Part shown: one piece after another, positions 1-9,886 of the stretch | Layout: each line of letters begins with the position of its first letter | Position numbering within the stretch: the first letter of the stretch is position 1 | Assembly (NCBI GenBank): GCA_019894665.1 | Contig: JAGXOC010000001.1 | Span: forward strand, 18,013-82,012 | Direction: 5' to 3' | DNA from: Candidatus Thorarchaeota archaeon | GTDB lineage: Archaea; Asgardarchaeota; Thorarchaeia; Thorarchaeales; Thorarchaeaceae | Length of the DNA stretch: 64,000 bases | Program-made: the position numbers and the translations under genes | Notes under the pieces: model-generated | What the model was told of the DNA's origin: nothing | What the model saw: the letters and a program-made list of their open reading frames with translations, nothing else | The model's database searches: none

Positions 1-214
1 TTCTCAGAGTGAACGATGAGGCATATCCCGGAGAAGCTCCATTCATTTCTTTAATTCTCTTAATGACTTCGTTGAATGTGATATTCTTTCCACGAAGTTG
101 TAAGCAGAGGTCTCCATCCTCTGTGATATCTAGAAAATTTAGATCATTGCGATTTACACCATAGACTAATCTTGATTTGTCTACTGACCAGGTCTCTTCT
201 ACCACTGCGTTCAC
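1..214 (-). CDS. hypothetical protein, partial (runs off window start). Absent from the ORF track
   Basis: Minus-strand frame is open from the GTG at 212-214 to position 2, with no stop; checked triplet by triplet. It is the last gene of the minus-strand sensor operon. No family recognised. Confidence 0.25.
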   Translation of the reverse strand, partial: MNAVVEETWSVDKSRLVYGVNRNDLNFLDITEDGDLCLQLRGKNITFNEVIKRIKEMNGASPGYASSFTLR

Positions 215-243
215 CCTTGTACATCTTTCTTGATGAGGTGTGA

Positions 244-1713
244 CTATTTTTCGTCTTCGCGAATGGAGTCAAGCATTCCTTGGAACGCCCGAGCGAGCTC
301 GCCAATCTCATCATCTTGCGCGATGTATGTCGCATCGACTTGAAGGTCTCCAGCATCTAGAGGCTGGTCTCTAATTCTCGCTGCAACATTTCTCTCTGCA
401 AGGTCCATAAGATACTGTAATGGCCTTGTAATAGTATTCGAAATGGCAACAGCAACAATTCCTGCCACCACTATACCTCCCATGGTGACAAGGATGATGT
501 AGCTTGCTGCCTGAGCGTTTTGTTCAGCGATTCGTGCCTCCAGAAGTGGAATGCTCTCTAGAACCTCATCCAGAGGTACTGATATGACACAGATGTAGTC
601 ACCTTTCCCAACTTGAGTATATACTAGGATATTTTCCGCTCCGTTTCGAGTGTACCGAAATGTTCCAGAGGCTCCTGGGGTTATACTTGTAATCAGGGCA
701 ACGTGATACTCTGTTATGGCTTCAGTGAAATCCGAATTGATCTCTACATCAGTAAGATATGGCAATCCAGTTATGTAGTCATCCGCGCCTACTTCTGGAT
801 GTGCAACAACTCCACCAATAGAATCCACTAAGAATGCATACCCACTTTCTAATACTTCCACATTGATGACTTTCTCCTTGATGTCTTCTATGGTGATGTC
901 TCCAGAAATGACCGCAAACGGATAGCCGTTTCTGTACACGACCTTTCCGATTGATATCAGAAGCACTTCATCAAACTCATCATAATATGGCTCAACAAAC
1001 ACCATGTCGCCTTCGCCATCCCAGATCGTCTGATACCAATATTCCCCTCTTGGGTCATAGGGATTAGCTGCCCTTGCCGGATCTGTCAGCTCACCTAAAA
1101 TGCTACCCGGATAATTGATGAACAATCCATCGTCTGCAAAGGCGACATAGAGCCATCTGAAATCTAGCTGATTGTGAATCGCCTTGAATAAGTAGTCAAG
1201 ATTTGATACACGCCCCAGCTTGTCAGCATTGGTGGTTTCGTAGGCATCAAAGTCTGTTGAGTCAGTTCCCGCAACATACCAACTGCTATAGTCCCAGGAC
1301 ACATTGAGACCATAACTGAGGTCATAGTGATTATCCGCTGGGGCTGGAGCAGCCGCATCATCCTCGAATAAGAGGTCATAATACACCTCTCGATACTCAT
1401 AGGTTGATCCAGCATCAAAAAGAGATTCAAGTTCCTCTGCAGCTGCGGCAATCATCCCTTCTGCACTAGCCAGTTTTTGGTTAATGACAAGAGCTGTCTT
1501 CTGAGCTGTTTCAACCATGTTTGTCTGAATCTGATTCTCTAAAGCTATGGAGCTCTGATCTGTAGTTGAGTTACCTATCAGGTCCACGAAGGTCAATGAG
1601 ATCAATCCTGTAGCACTCAGTGATACAAGTGAGATTACTAGGAAGGTGAGGATCACGTTTGTCCGGAATTTTCCTTTCTTCTTGGTTTGAGTTGATGACT
1701 TTACCATTTTCAT
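244..1713 (-). CDS. membrane sensor protein: TM, extracytoplasmic Cache-like domain, TM, then a HAMP domain with no output domain
   Basis: N-terminal TM (ILTFLVISLVSLSATGLISL). Periplasmic Cache-like region homologous to the next gene (NGYPFAVISGDITIEDIKEKVINVEVLESGYAFLVDSIGGVVAHPEV). Second TM (IILVTMGGIVVAGIVAVAI). C-terminal HAMP-like helix pair (ITRPLQYLMDLAERN...DEIGELARAFQGMLDSIRE). Confidence 0.7.
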   Translation of the reverse strand: MKMVKSSTQTKKKGKFRTNVILTFLVISLVSLSATGLISLTFVDLIGNSTTDQSSIALENQIQTNMVETAQKTALVINQKLASAEGMIAAAAEELESLFDAGSTYEYREVYYDLLFEDDAAAPAPADNHYDLSYGLNVSWDYSSWYVAGTDSTDFDAYETTNADKLGRVSNLDYLFKAIHNQLDFRWLYVAFADDGLFINYPGSILGELTDPARAANPYDPRGEYWYQTIWDGEGDMVFVEPYYDEFDEVLLISIGKVVYRNGYPFAVISGDITIEDIKEKVINVEVLESGYAFLVDSIGGVVAHPEVGADDYITGLPYLTDVEINSDFTEAITEYHVALITSITPGASGTFRYTRNGAENILVYTQVGKGDYICVISVPLDEVLESIPLLEARIAEQNAQAASYIILVTMGGIVVAGIVAVAISNTITRPLQYLMDLAERNVAARIRDQPLDAGDLQVDATYIAQDDEIGELARAFQGMLDSIREDEK

Positions 1714-1723
1714 TGCACCTCCA

Positions 1724-4597
1724 TTAATAATCCGTAGTAGTCCCTCCGACTTCCAATTGTGCCATCAAGACTCCCACCCTTTCGAACGCTTTCTCGATAT
1801 CCAATCTTACGTTAGAGCTGTCTACAACTGAGAGGTATTGTCCCTGTGGAATTCTTTCACAAATTGATTCCAAGAGCTCTTCTGTTGTGATGTGTTGACC
1901 AGTTCTTGCTGATTTTATGCGTCTATCAGTATCAGCCTTCTGGCTTAGTTCCTGCCCCACGCCAATGATAAGTAGATTAACATCGAGATGGTGGTCTCGA
2001 ATGAAACCCTCGATTGTAAGGGGCCTCTTTCTCTTCATTCGGTCACTATCAGTAAGAATTCCCTTAAGAACATCTAAGGAGTAGTTCTCAGAGCTATTGT
2101 CTTGTCCATCTGTTAATGCGATTACCCATCTATGCTCACTGGACTCGATTTTTTCAAGCTCCTCCAGTGCTCTTCCAAGAGCATCATAGAATGCAGTTGC
2201 ATAATTTGGATACTTGAGAGACATCAATGTCGCCACTATTTTGTTCTCGTCATCTTCTCGTTCTCCCTTCAAAGTGAGAGGTAGAAGCTCTCGGTACGAG
2301 GAGTTGAAGACAATAACAGATACAGCGTCTTGTGGGTTGACCTGACTATGCAGGATTTCTAAGGCGCCTTTTACTGCCGCCCTGATTCTATTTTGTGCTT
2401 GCATGCTGCCTGAGTAGTCAATCACGAATGTAACGCTCTTCTTGAACATTATAGAACGTCTCAGCTTCTCGGCCTTCCTTCGTACATCATGACTGGGCTT
2501 GTTTCGCTCGTCAAGGACATCAGCTAGCCGCTGCATAGCAAACACGACCAACCAAAGCTCGTCAGTTTCTTGTCCGAAAGAGATCGCCTCATTATAGTTA
2601 TCTTCAGCTTTCTTCCATTTGCCCTGAACCTGATGCAATTCGCCTTCATGGTAATGTATGTAAGCTAGACTTCTCACATAGTCTATTGACCTTGCGATTT
2701 CTTGAGCTTCATCAAATTTGGATTGAGCTTGACCATAACGGCCATCGCGCATAAGTACTAGTCCCATGGCGTCGAAACGTTTCGCAAGACCGTATTGGTT
2801 TTGCATTGTTCGATCAATAGCCTCTGCGTCTTCCAAGAGTGCCATTGATTTGTCTGCATGGCCTCGATCCATCTCAACTAGTGCCATGTTGTGGTAGACC
2901 GAAGCGATTCTTACAAGCGCATCTTTCTCATCCACACCATCTTCTTTGGCCTTCTCTAGACGACCTTTTGCGATCGCCAATGACTGCTCATAGTATTGCA
3001 TGGCGCTTCCAGTATCACCACGCTGTCTGAACACATTACCAATGTTGAGAAGCATAATCTGTTCTCCAACATCGATCTGAAGTCTGCGGCTGATTTCCAA
3101 TAGGTTCTGATAGTTAGCTAAGGCTCTGTTTAGGTCCCCACGAATAAAAGCTTGATTCCCAAACCTTGCAGCTTCCTGGAAACTGAGGAGCGCATCAACC
3201 GTCGTTCCGACCTCCTCATACATTGCTCCCGCTGACGTGATTCCCCGTGTGAAATCTTGTCCAGCCATCTTATTCACAAGACGAGTCATCTCGGTTATTG
3301 GTTCGATTACTGATTGTGCTCTTCGATAAGAAACAGTAGTAATCACTCCCGCTACAATTGCTAAGACGGCTCCTAGAGCAATGGTGAGTATGAGGGTCTG
3401 AGTCCCCACTAGGCCAAGCATAGCCGTCGCGGGTCCAATAACATCAGAATTTGGAACTACGATTGCTAACACATATTCTGTATTAGTGACATTGACGAAC
3501 GCCATATGCCATGTTTGTCCTTCCTTTTGAAATTCTTCTAATCCCGACTCTTCCATCAAAACCGTGGTACTTAGCAGATTACTAAATGCAACAGCTTCAG
3601 TGCTAGATGTTGAAGCAAACTCAAGCAACTCTATTGCAAGAGGATCATCAAATGGGTCTAGATCGGGATGAGCAACAACAACTCCATTGCTGTTGAGCAA
3701 ATATGAATATCCATTTTCCAATACTTCAAGATTCAATACTTTCTCATTTATTGTTGACATTGATACATCTGCAGATACTACACCGATGAGTGTACCATTG
3801 TCAAACCTTACTGGTCTTCCAATAGATATGACAAGTCCAACTGATAGATCAATGTACGGTTCTGTAAAGACAACACTATCGTCACCTGGATCTTGTGCTA
3901 CAACGTTCGTATACCAAAGCTCTGCATTGGGATCGTAGTCTTCTGCAGGTGAAACTGGATTTCCCTCATCATCCTCTTGGAAATAGAAGAGGTCGTCGAA
4001 CGGATAGTTTCTGAAAAGATGCTGATCAGATATTCCCAAATCGAATCCCATATAGAGCCATCTAAAGTCTTCATTCATCTCATGAAGCGCTCTGAATATA
4101 TTCACCATGTTGGATGAAATATCGAGCACATTCTGTGTACCAGGAGAAAGGTCATGGGGATCATTATTATTCCATGCGAAACGTGGCATATAGTAGCAAT
4201 CCGTTCCAAATGTGATGTAATCCGAATAATAGGCATCGACAATATCTTGCTCTGTTTCAAAGGTCAGATCTCCCCAATTGGGTTCATCCGCTTGATTCCA
4301 ATAGTAACTGTAACGTGATGTCGCATTTATCCGGTCATTGAACAGGTCTTCACAATAAGCTTCCATCATATACACGCCATCAACGTAGTTCTTCCATCTC
4401 TCTTCTATGAAGAGACCTGTATCATTGGAGAGTCTCATCAGGTTAGCCAGTTCTTCGGCTTTCAGTTCCGCCGCGGCATCAGCTGCGTTTGCATTTGACA
4501 CGTCATTTATTGCAATTATCGATAAAGAAGAAATTACTAAAATCGGTATTAACGCAACAGTGACGAATGTGACTACTATTCGTTTCGAGATATTCAT
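1724..4597 (-). CDS. membrane sensor protein: Cache-like domain, HAMP, TPR repeats and a von Willebrand factor A (vWA) domain
   Basis: N-terminal TM. Cache region paralogous to the 244-1713 gene (NGTLIGVVSADVSMSTINEKVLNLEVLENGYSYLLNSNGVVVAHPDL). Second TM, then HAMP (YRRAQSVIEPITEMTRLVNKMAGQDFTRGITS). TPR-like repeats (YYEQSLAIAKGR...ALVRIASVYHNMALVEMDRG...). vWA with MIDAS motif (VTFVIDYSGSMQ ... VIALTDGQDNSS). Confidence 0.7.
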   Translation of the reverse strand: MNISKRIVVTFVTVALIPILVISSLSIIAINDVSNANAADAAAELKAEELANLMRLSNDTGLFIEERWKNYVDGVYMMEAYCEDLFNDRINATSRYSYYWNQADEPNWGDLTFETEQDIVDAYYSDYITFGTDCYYMPRFAWNNNDPHDLSPGTQNVLDISSNMVNIFRALHEMNEDFRWLYMGFDLGISDQHLFRNYPFDDLFYFQEDDEGNPVSPAEDYDPNAELWYTNVVAQDPGDDSVVFTEPYIDLSVGLVISIGRPVRFDNGTLIGVVSADVSMSTINEKVLNLEVLENGYSYLLNSNGVVVAHPDLDPFDDPLAIELLEFASTSSTEAVAFSNLLSTTVLMEESGLEEFQKEGQTWHMAFVNVTNTEYVLAIVVPNSDVIGPATAMLGLVGTQTLILTIALGAVLAIVAGVITTVSYRRAQSVIEPITEMTRLVNKMAGQDFTRGITSAGAMYEEVGTTVDALLSFQEAARFGNQAFIRGDLNRALANYQNLLEISRRLQIDVGEQIMLLNIGNVFRQRGDTGSAMQYYEQSLAIAKGRLEKAKEDGVDEKDALVRIASVYHNMALVEMDRGHADKSMALLEDAEAIDRTMQNQYGLAKRFDAMGLVLMRDGRYGQAQSKFDEAQEIARSIDYVRSLAYIHYHEGELHQVQGKWKKAEDNYNEAISFGQETDELWLVVFAMQRLADVLDERNKPSHDVRRKAEKLRRSIMFKKSVTFVIDYSGSMQAQNRIRAAVKGALEILHSQVNPQDAVSVIVFNSSYRELLPLTLKGEREDDENKIVATLMSLKYPNYATAFYDALGRALEELEKIESSEHRWVIALTDGQDNSSENYSLDVLKGILTDSDRMKRKRPLTIEGFIRDHHLDVNLLIIGVGQELSQKADTDRRIKSARTGQHITTEELLESICERIPQGQYLSVVDSSNVRLDIEKAFERVGVLMAQLEVGGTTTDY

Positions 4598-4645
4598 CTA
4601 TCTTCCACCACTTCTTTGAATCATGAAACTCATCGGCAACTCTCT

Positions 4646-6088
4646 CTAACCACTCCAGGTAGCTAATTCATCCATCAACTTTCTCTCAAAATCGTTGATG
4701 TCTTGTTTCTTTTCCAGGATGAATTCATCCCCTGATAATGCGCCTTGTACAGTTCCTTCACCAAGGAGAATGATAAGGGTCCGTCTTAGAATTCTGCGGT
4801 CGATTCCTGTTTCCTTTTCAAGACGTCCCACGTCTAACGTATCAGTTCCACCAAGGAGGTCTTGAAGAGTACCTTTCACCTTCTGGATATCCTTTCTTGA
4901 AGGTACTGGAATCTTCTTCTTCTTGGACTCCGTTCTTACGAACATATGGCCGTCAATGTGTCCCTCAATCACATCACTCTGAATCATTGCTTGGAGGCTA
5001 CGACGTAGATTGTATGCAGCAGGTCTGGGTAGTGTTCGTCGCAGAATCCGGTCCAGCTCCTTGAGTTTGATTTTGTTGTGTTTCGATGTAATCGAATCAA
5101 TGCTTTCCTGAATGTACTCTTCAATCACATATTCTTCAATCATCTCTAATTGTGCGCCACAGGATGAACAGACTGATGCTTCTGGCGATGTTGGAGCACC
5201 ACAGTTACCACACTTGATGGCTCTCCTGTATAGAACCGTCTTTGTCGATCCAATCTGCTGAAGAATCACTTTCTCAGTCCTTGTCACTTTTCCAGACTCT
5301 TGGACTTCCCAGAAGCTCAACTTTTGATCTTTTGTACTCACAACAAGAAAAGCGACATCCGATACGTCATCTGGAACTCCAGTAGCCATGGACCTTGGTG
5401 TATCGCCAACGTCAAGTCTCGCTACTTCATTTCCATCAATGTCCCACATTCTCAGAGTTGGTGATTGATCTCCAGTTATGAACAGAGTTCTATCACCGAA
5501 TGAGAGTACTGCAAAGACTGAAAGACGTGAACCTAGTTGTAGTTCTTTCAGCTGATATCCTGCCGCTGTGAGGACAGTAATCAGACCCTTCTTGTCTGCT
5601 ACAACGACTTCTAGTTCAGTATCCTTTGTGATATCCTCAAGCCAAACATCAGCGATGGGGTCTCTCATGGTCTTTGTGAAAATCGCATCTTTATCATCAT
5701 TATACAGGATTACGCGATTGTTTTGCAATGCAACAACAACTTCAGCGGCATCATCACCGTCTATATCTCTGGCATCACAAGCAACAACGTTACTCTCCAG
5801 TCGGATATTCCAAACAGGACTTCCTCTATGATCAACAACGAGGACCTTCTTTCCGACTCCTCCAACTAAAGCATCCTTTCCTTCACCCTCGACATCCCCT
5901 ACAGCAATACATCTGACCTTGCTGCTCCATTTTCTTGTGCTCCGAAGTGTGCCTCGCGCATCAAAGACTCTCAGACGGTCTCCATAGTCTAGAGAGAAAA
6001 TTTGAGTGCTAGCGTCCTGTCTCTGACGAACATAGACGGAATATACATTCGCAGACGTAGGTACCTCCGCAACCGAGCGAATTTTCAA
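4646..6088 (-). CDS. beta-propeller (FG-GAP/PQQ-like) protein with an internal zinc ribbon and a C-terminal winged-helix-like region
   Basis: Repeated strand-rich segments with a DxDGD-type motif (ARDIDGDDAAEVVVAL, LVGGVGKKVLVVDHRG). Zn ribbon CGNCGAPTSPEASVCSSCGAQL. Basic/helical C-terminus (IDRRILRRTLIILLGEGTVQGAL). Confidence 0.5.
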   Translation of the reverse strand: MKIRSVAEVPTSANVYSVYVRQRQDASTQIFSLDYGDRLRVFDARGTLRSTRKWSSKVRCIAVGDVEGEGKDALVGGVGKKVLVVDHRGSPVWNIRLESNVVACDARDIDGDDAAEVVVALQNNRVILYNDDKDAIFTKTMRDPIADVWLEDITKDTELEVVVADKKGLITVLTAAGYQLKELQLGSRLSVFAVLSFGDRTLFITGDQSPTLRMWDIDGNEVARLDVGDTPRSMATGVPDDVSDVAFLVVSTKDQKLSFWEVQESGKVTRTEKVILQQIGSTKTVLYRRAIKCGNCGAPTSPEASVCSSCGAQLEMIEEYVIEEYIQESIDSITSKHNKIKLKELDRILRRTLPRPAAYNLRRSLQAMIQSDVIEGHIDGHMFVRTESKKKKIPVPSRKDIQKVKGTLQDLLGGTDTLDVGRLEKETGIDRRILRRTLIILLGEGTVQGALSGDEFILEKKQDINDFERKLMDELATWSG

Positions 6089-6157
6089 CTTCTAACCTGC
6101 ACCTTGTGCACTCTAGTTGCATAGCCATATAAGTGTGCATAGATTCCGAGCAAAACG

Positions 6158-7234
6158 ATGAGGAATTCAGACACTTGTAGGGTTGGTTTTCTCTGGAATC
6201 CTAGTTTAGAGACCTTCGATTTTGGTACCAAGCATCCAATCAGGATTGGACGATTCCAGATGGTTCGTGATTTTCTTGAAGCTAATAATTTCCTTAGCCA
6301 ACCTAATGTTGAAATCCTTACCCCTGAACCAATTCCAGATGACTTACTGAAGATTATTCATGCTCAGAATTATTTGAATGAGGTCCGAAGAATCTCCGAA
6401 ACTGGTGAAGGTGAGATTGCCGTCGATACACCTGGATACCTAGGGATATTCGAGAATGCAAGTATAACCTCTGGTGCAACCGTTACGGGAGTTCGTGCTA
6501 TAGCGTCTGGGCGTATAGACCATTTCCTATCGCCAACCGGAGGATTCCATCACGCTAAATTTGATTGGGGCGGAGGATTCTGCATCTTCAACGATGTTGC
6601 TGCGGCAGTCTATGAGTTGAAGAAACTAGGCTATCATCGAATACTGGTTGCGGATTTTGATGTTCATCACGGAAACGGGACACAGACATATTTCTATGAG
6701 GATCCAGATGTCATGCAGATTTCATTCCATGAAGATCCTGAGTGGATGTTCCCTCATGATGGGTTCATTGAGGATATCGGAGAAGGGCCTGGTCGTGGAT
6801 ATAACATCAACATGCATTTCCCTATGGACTCCTGCGACGGAGTTTACAAGTATGCCTTTGATGAGATTGTGCCCCGACTAGTGGAGTTCTTCAAACCTGA
6901 ATTCATAATCTTCCTCCCCGGATTCGATGCCCATTATAGAGACCGTCTTGCCCACCTCAACCTAACAACTGACATGATTAGATACATCACTACATTCTTT
7001 CACAATGCTGCCCACAGATACAGCGAGTGTCGGTTTGGCGTCCTAGCAAGCGGTGGCTATTCCAAAGATTCCCTGAATTGGGGTATCGGAGTAGTCATGT
7101 CAGTGCTCTCTGGTTATGACTATGAGCCACCGAAACAAGAACCCCCCTACGGAGATGATGATGAGACTTGGGACACTGTTCGAGGGAATGTTGAGAAAGT
7201 CAAGAGCCTCGTTTTTCCTGAACTTGGAATCTAG
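6158..7234 (+). CDS. histone deacetylase / acetoin-utilisation AcuC family deacetylase
   Basis: Class I/II HDAC signature (ADFDVHHGNGTQ, Zn/charge-relay His-His). GGGFCIFND motif. Length typical of the family. Confidence 0.8.
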   Translation: MRNSDTCRVGFLWNPSLETFDFGTKHPIRIGRFQMVRDFLEANNFLSQPNVEILTPEPIPDDLLKIIHAQNYLNEVRRISETGEGEIAVDTPGYLGIFENASITSGATVTGVRAIASGRIDHFLSPTGGFHHAKFDWGGGFCIFNDVAAAVYELKKLGYHRILVADFDVHHGNGTQTYFYEDPDVMQISFHEDPEWMFPHDGFIEDIGEGPGRGYNINMHFPMDSCDGVYKYAFDEIVPRLVEFFKPEFIIFLPGFDAHYRDRLAHLNLTTDMIRYITTFFHNAAHRYSECRFGVLASGGYSKDSLNWGIGVVMSVLSGYDYEPPKQEPPYGDDDETWDTVRGNVEKVKSLVFPELGI

Positions 7235-7246
7235 GATGTTATCTCA

Positions 7247-8125
7247 TCAATCTGGTTTCCAGAAATGTAGTAGATATTCGAAAGTCGTTGTAAGTGTGAT
7301 ATAGTTTGAAGGCCAACCAAAAATCCCAACCTTGTTCACAATGTTCCGTCTATCCCAGATGATAGTATTTCGAAGTTCATATCCAACCTTTTGAAGTGCT
7401 TCAACGACGTCAATGTGAATTGGGACTCGCTTTCCCTCCCACCAATAATCTGTGATGTTGATTACACAATGACCTCTTGGTTTGAGAATTGGTAGTATTC
7501 CTTTAAAGATATCACCGAGAGTATCAGCATACTCATTCACTTCCATCGTGCCCAGGTCTCTAGGGTCTTTGGAATACTGCTGTACTTTCAGAAAGTGCTC
7601 ATCTTCCCTGAGGTCTCCTCTCTTACTCTTATTCTTACGTTTCCTATTCAGAAGGTTTGCGTATGGTGGGGATGTGACACATAGACTCACAGTTTCATCA
7701 TCAAAGTAATCGTGAATATTCTTGGCTTCATCATGAATCGCCAGCTGACTTGAACCATTCTCATTACTTAACACTCTTGAATTTGCATGATCAACATACT
7801 CTGCCTTCAGATCAAAACCAACTGCATTACGGCCTAGATCCTGTGCAGCAACTAATGTTGTACCGCTTCCTACAAACGGGTCAATAACGAGCTCACCTTG
7901 ATGGGTGAACAACTTGATGCATTTAGTTGGAAGTGAAATTGGAAAAACAGCAGGATGTACGTTCTTGTCTCGAATGTCCCTCTTCTCGTAATAAAACTCC
8001 CATATGGCGATCTGTGACTGCATCCACTCCTTTGCAGTCAAGCAGTTGATGTGTTTTGGTCGGCAATCACATGTACGTGTGTGTCCAATCTTCAGAGGTT
8101 TCGAAATCTCCTGCAAAAGCATCAA
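7247..8125 (-). CDS. DNA N4-cytosine/N6-adenine methyltransferase (PF01555-like). Motif I precedes motif IV
   Basis: AdoMet motif I (IDPFVGSGTT) preceded by HPAVFP. Catalytic motif IV is SPPY (VTSPPYANL). A C-terminal EYLLHFWKP motif resembles the E.ilvF.K motif of this family. Confidence 0.75.
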   Translation of the reverse strand: MMLLQEISKPLKIGHTRTCDCRPKHINCLTAKEWMQSQIAIWEFYYEKRDIRDKNVHPAVFPISLPTKCIKLFTHQGELVIDPFVGSGTTLVAAQDLGRNAVGFDLKAEYVDHANSRVLSNENGSSQLAIHDEAKNIHDYFDDETVSLCVTSPPYANLLNRKRKNKSKRGDLREDEHFLKVQQYSKDPRDLGTMEVNEYADTLGDIFKGILPILKPRGHCVINITDYWWEGKRVPIHIDVVEALQKVGYELRNTIIWDRRNIVNKVGIFGWPSNYITLTTTFEYLLHFWKPD

Positions 8126-8177
8126 GAGTCAATTACTCATCATCCATATGGCACTTGCTATTTTTCAAATCATCAAT

Positions 8178-9794
8178 CTATGAGAAATTGGTTGATTCAA
8201 TGAATATTGACTGGAAATCTTTGTGAGATGCCAACTCAATGTAATTGACTTTGGAGACGAAATCTTCAGCAACCTTTCTCGCCTCTGATGAAAGAAGAAG
8301 CGCTTTTGCACCTTCTCCTGCTGCGTTGCCCACCTGAATGATCTGTTCTCTCCTAATGGGCGGTAGCAACCCAATCCGAAGTGCACTCTCAGGTTGGATA
8401 TAACTTCCAAATGCACCTGCTAACATCACGGAATCAATATCATTGACAGCGACCCCAGCTTCCTGCATCAGTATTGTAATCCCTGCATGAATTGCAGCCT
8501 TCGCCAACTGAACCTGTCGAACATCTTTCTGAGTGAACGAAATCTTACGCGATACATCTGACTCTTCTACGAGCAAGTAACTTAGTCCAAAATCATCATC
8601 ACGGTATACTCTGGGAGAAACCGACTGTATCCCTCCAGTATCATTAATTATTCCAGTTCGTCGCATCTCTGCAACAGTATCAACAATTGCTGAACCACAG
8701 ATGCCTTGTGGTGCAACATTACCAATGACCGTAATTTCCGGAGGTTCTTCCAGGTTTTCGATTAATACGTGCTCTATGGCTCCTTCTTGGCCCCGCATTC
8801 CATATCGTATAGTTGCTCCTTCAAAAGCTGGTCCTGCCGCTGCTGAACAGCACGATAATTCTCCTCGGTTTGATAGGACAATTTCACCATTGGTTCCAAC
8901 ATCAATCCCTACAACAATCTGATCAGACAAGTCCAATCTCTGAGAGAGAATGAAACCAACGGTGTCTCCCCCAACAAATCCCGCGATGTTCGGTGGTAGA
9001 TACACCTCAATATTGGGAGCAGACAATAGACCCAATTCTGAACCTGAGGTGACTAATGCATCTCGAATAGACGGTTCATATGGTGTGACCCCCAATGATT
9101 TGACATCTGCGCGTAGTAATAGGTGGTGCATTGCTGTGTTTCCAACAATCGCCATTCTTGTCAGGTATTCCATCTCAATACCTGAACCCTCTATGAGAGA
9201 ACCAACCATCGAATCAAACTCTGTTGTGACTCTCTTTGAGAGCTCCACTTGCCCATTTTCCTCTCTGAGGGCATGCGTAATCCTTGATATGACATCCTCG
9301 CCAAAGACCACCTGTGGATTGAGTGATGCTAATTGACTCATCTGAACTCCTGAGCCCAATGCAAGGAGATATGCCACAATTGTGGTTGTTCCCAGATCGA
9401 TAGCAATTCCATAACGACCTTCGCCTCCGGTATCTGGAATCCAATCCTCCAGTCGAGAGACCCCCTCGGTAAGTATCTGTACCTCACCTCGTCGCTTAGT
9501 TATTACAACTCGTGTGTCTGCCATCACTCTGTGTTGACATGCCAAACGGACACCTTGCGCTAGATCACCCGAAGATATCCTTCTCTCATCTTCGAGTGTC
9601 GGCTCTGGGGCTGGCTGTAGAACAAGTGAGCATTTCCCACAGGTTCCTGCACCTCCACAATCTGAGGACAAATGAAGTCCGACCATCCTTATGGCTTCAA
9701 GAAAAGTGTTCTGTTCATCCATGGATATACGTAGACCAGATGGCTCGAAAACGACTATGTATTTCTTCAATCTACTCAATCCTTGTGGTGTCAT
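8178..9794 (-). CDS. RACo-like corrinoid reductive activase: [2Fe-2S] ferredoxin domain fused to an ASKHA-family ATPase
   Basis: N-terminal plant-type ferredoxin Cys pattern (SDCGGAGTCGKCSLV ... LACQH). ASKHA phosphate-1 motif (GIAIDLGTTTIVAYL). Later Gly-rich motifs (VGIDVGTNGE, IVGNTAMHHLLL). Divergent from a corrinoid/Fe-S enzyme gene. Confidence 0.6.
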   Translation of the reverse strand: MTPQGLSRLKKYIVVFEPSGLRISMDEQNTFLEAIRMVGLHLSSDCGGAGTCGKCSLVLQPAPEPTLEDERRISSGDLAQGVRLACQHRVMADTRVVITKRRGEVQILTEGVSRLEDWIPDTGGEGRYGIAIDLGTTTIVAYLLALGSGVQMSQLASLNPQVVFGEDVISRITHALREENGQVELSKRVTTEFDSMVGSLIEGSGIEMEYLTRMAIVGNTAMHHLLLRADVKSLGVTPYEPSIRDALVTSGSELGLLSAPNIEVYLPPNIAGFVGGDTVGFILSQRLDLSDQIVVGIDVGTNGEIVLSNRGELSCCSAAAGPAFEGATIRYGMRGQEGAIEHVLIENLEEPPEITVIGNVAPQGICGSAIVDTVAEMRRTGIINDTGGIQSVSPRVYRDDDFGLSYLLVEESDVSRKISFTQKDVRQVQLAKAAIHAGITILMQEAGVAVNDIDSVMLAGAFGSYIQPESALRIGLLPPIRREQIIQVGNAAGEGAKALLLSSEARKVAEDFVSKVNYIELASHKDFQSIFIESTNFS

Positions 9795-9886
9795 GGAAGG
9801 GGTTGTGTATTGTTTTTACTGTTCTCCTATGGAAGAATGTATTAGTTGCGTTGCTGTGTTTGCGCTATCAAATTGGAGACCCACTA

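Noticed and set aside
144-356. 70-aa minus-strand ORF from the track
   Set aside because: It lies almost entirely inside the C-terminus of the well-supported sensor gene (244-1713) in another frame, and its composition is unconvincing. Treated as spurious.
9512-9886. Track start at 9512 for the RdhA-like gene
   Set aside because: It would overlap the divergent RACo-like gene by 280 nt and adds a Cys/Leu-rich non-homologous extension. The internal ATG at 9887 gives a clean divergent arrangement.
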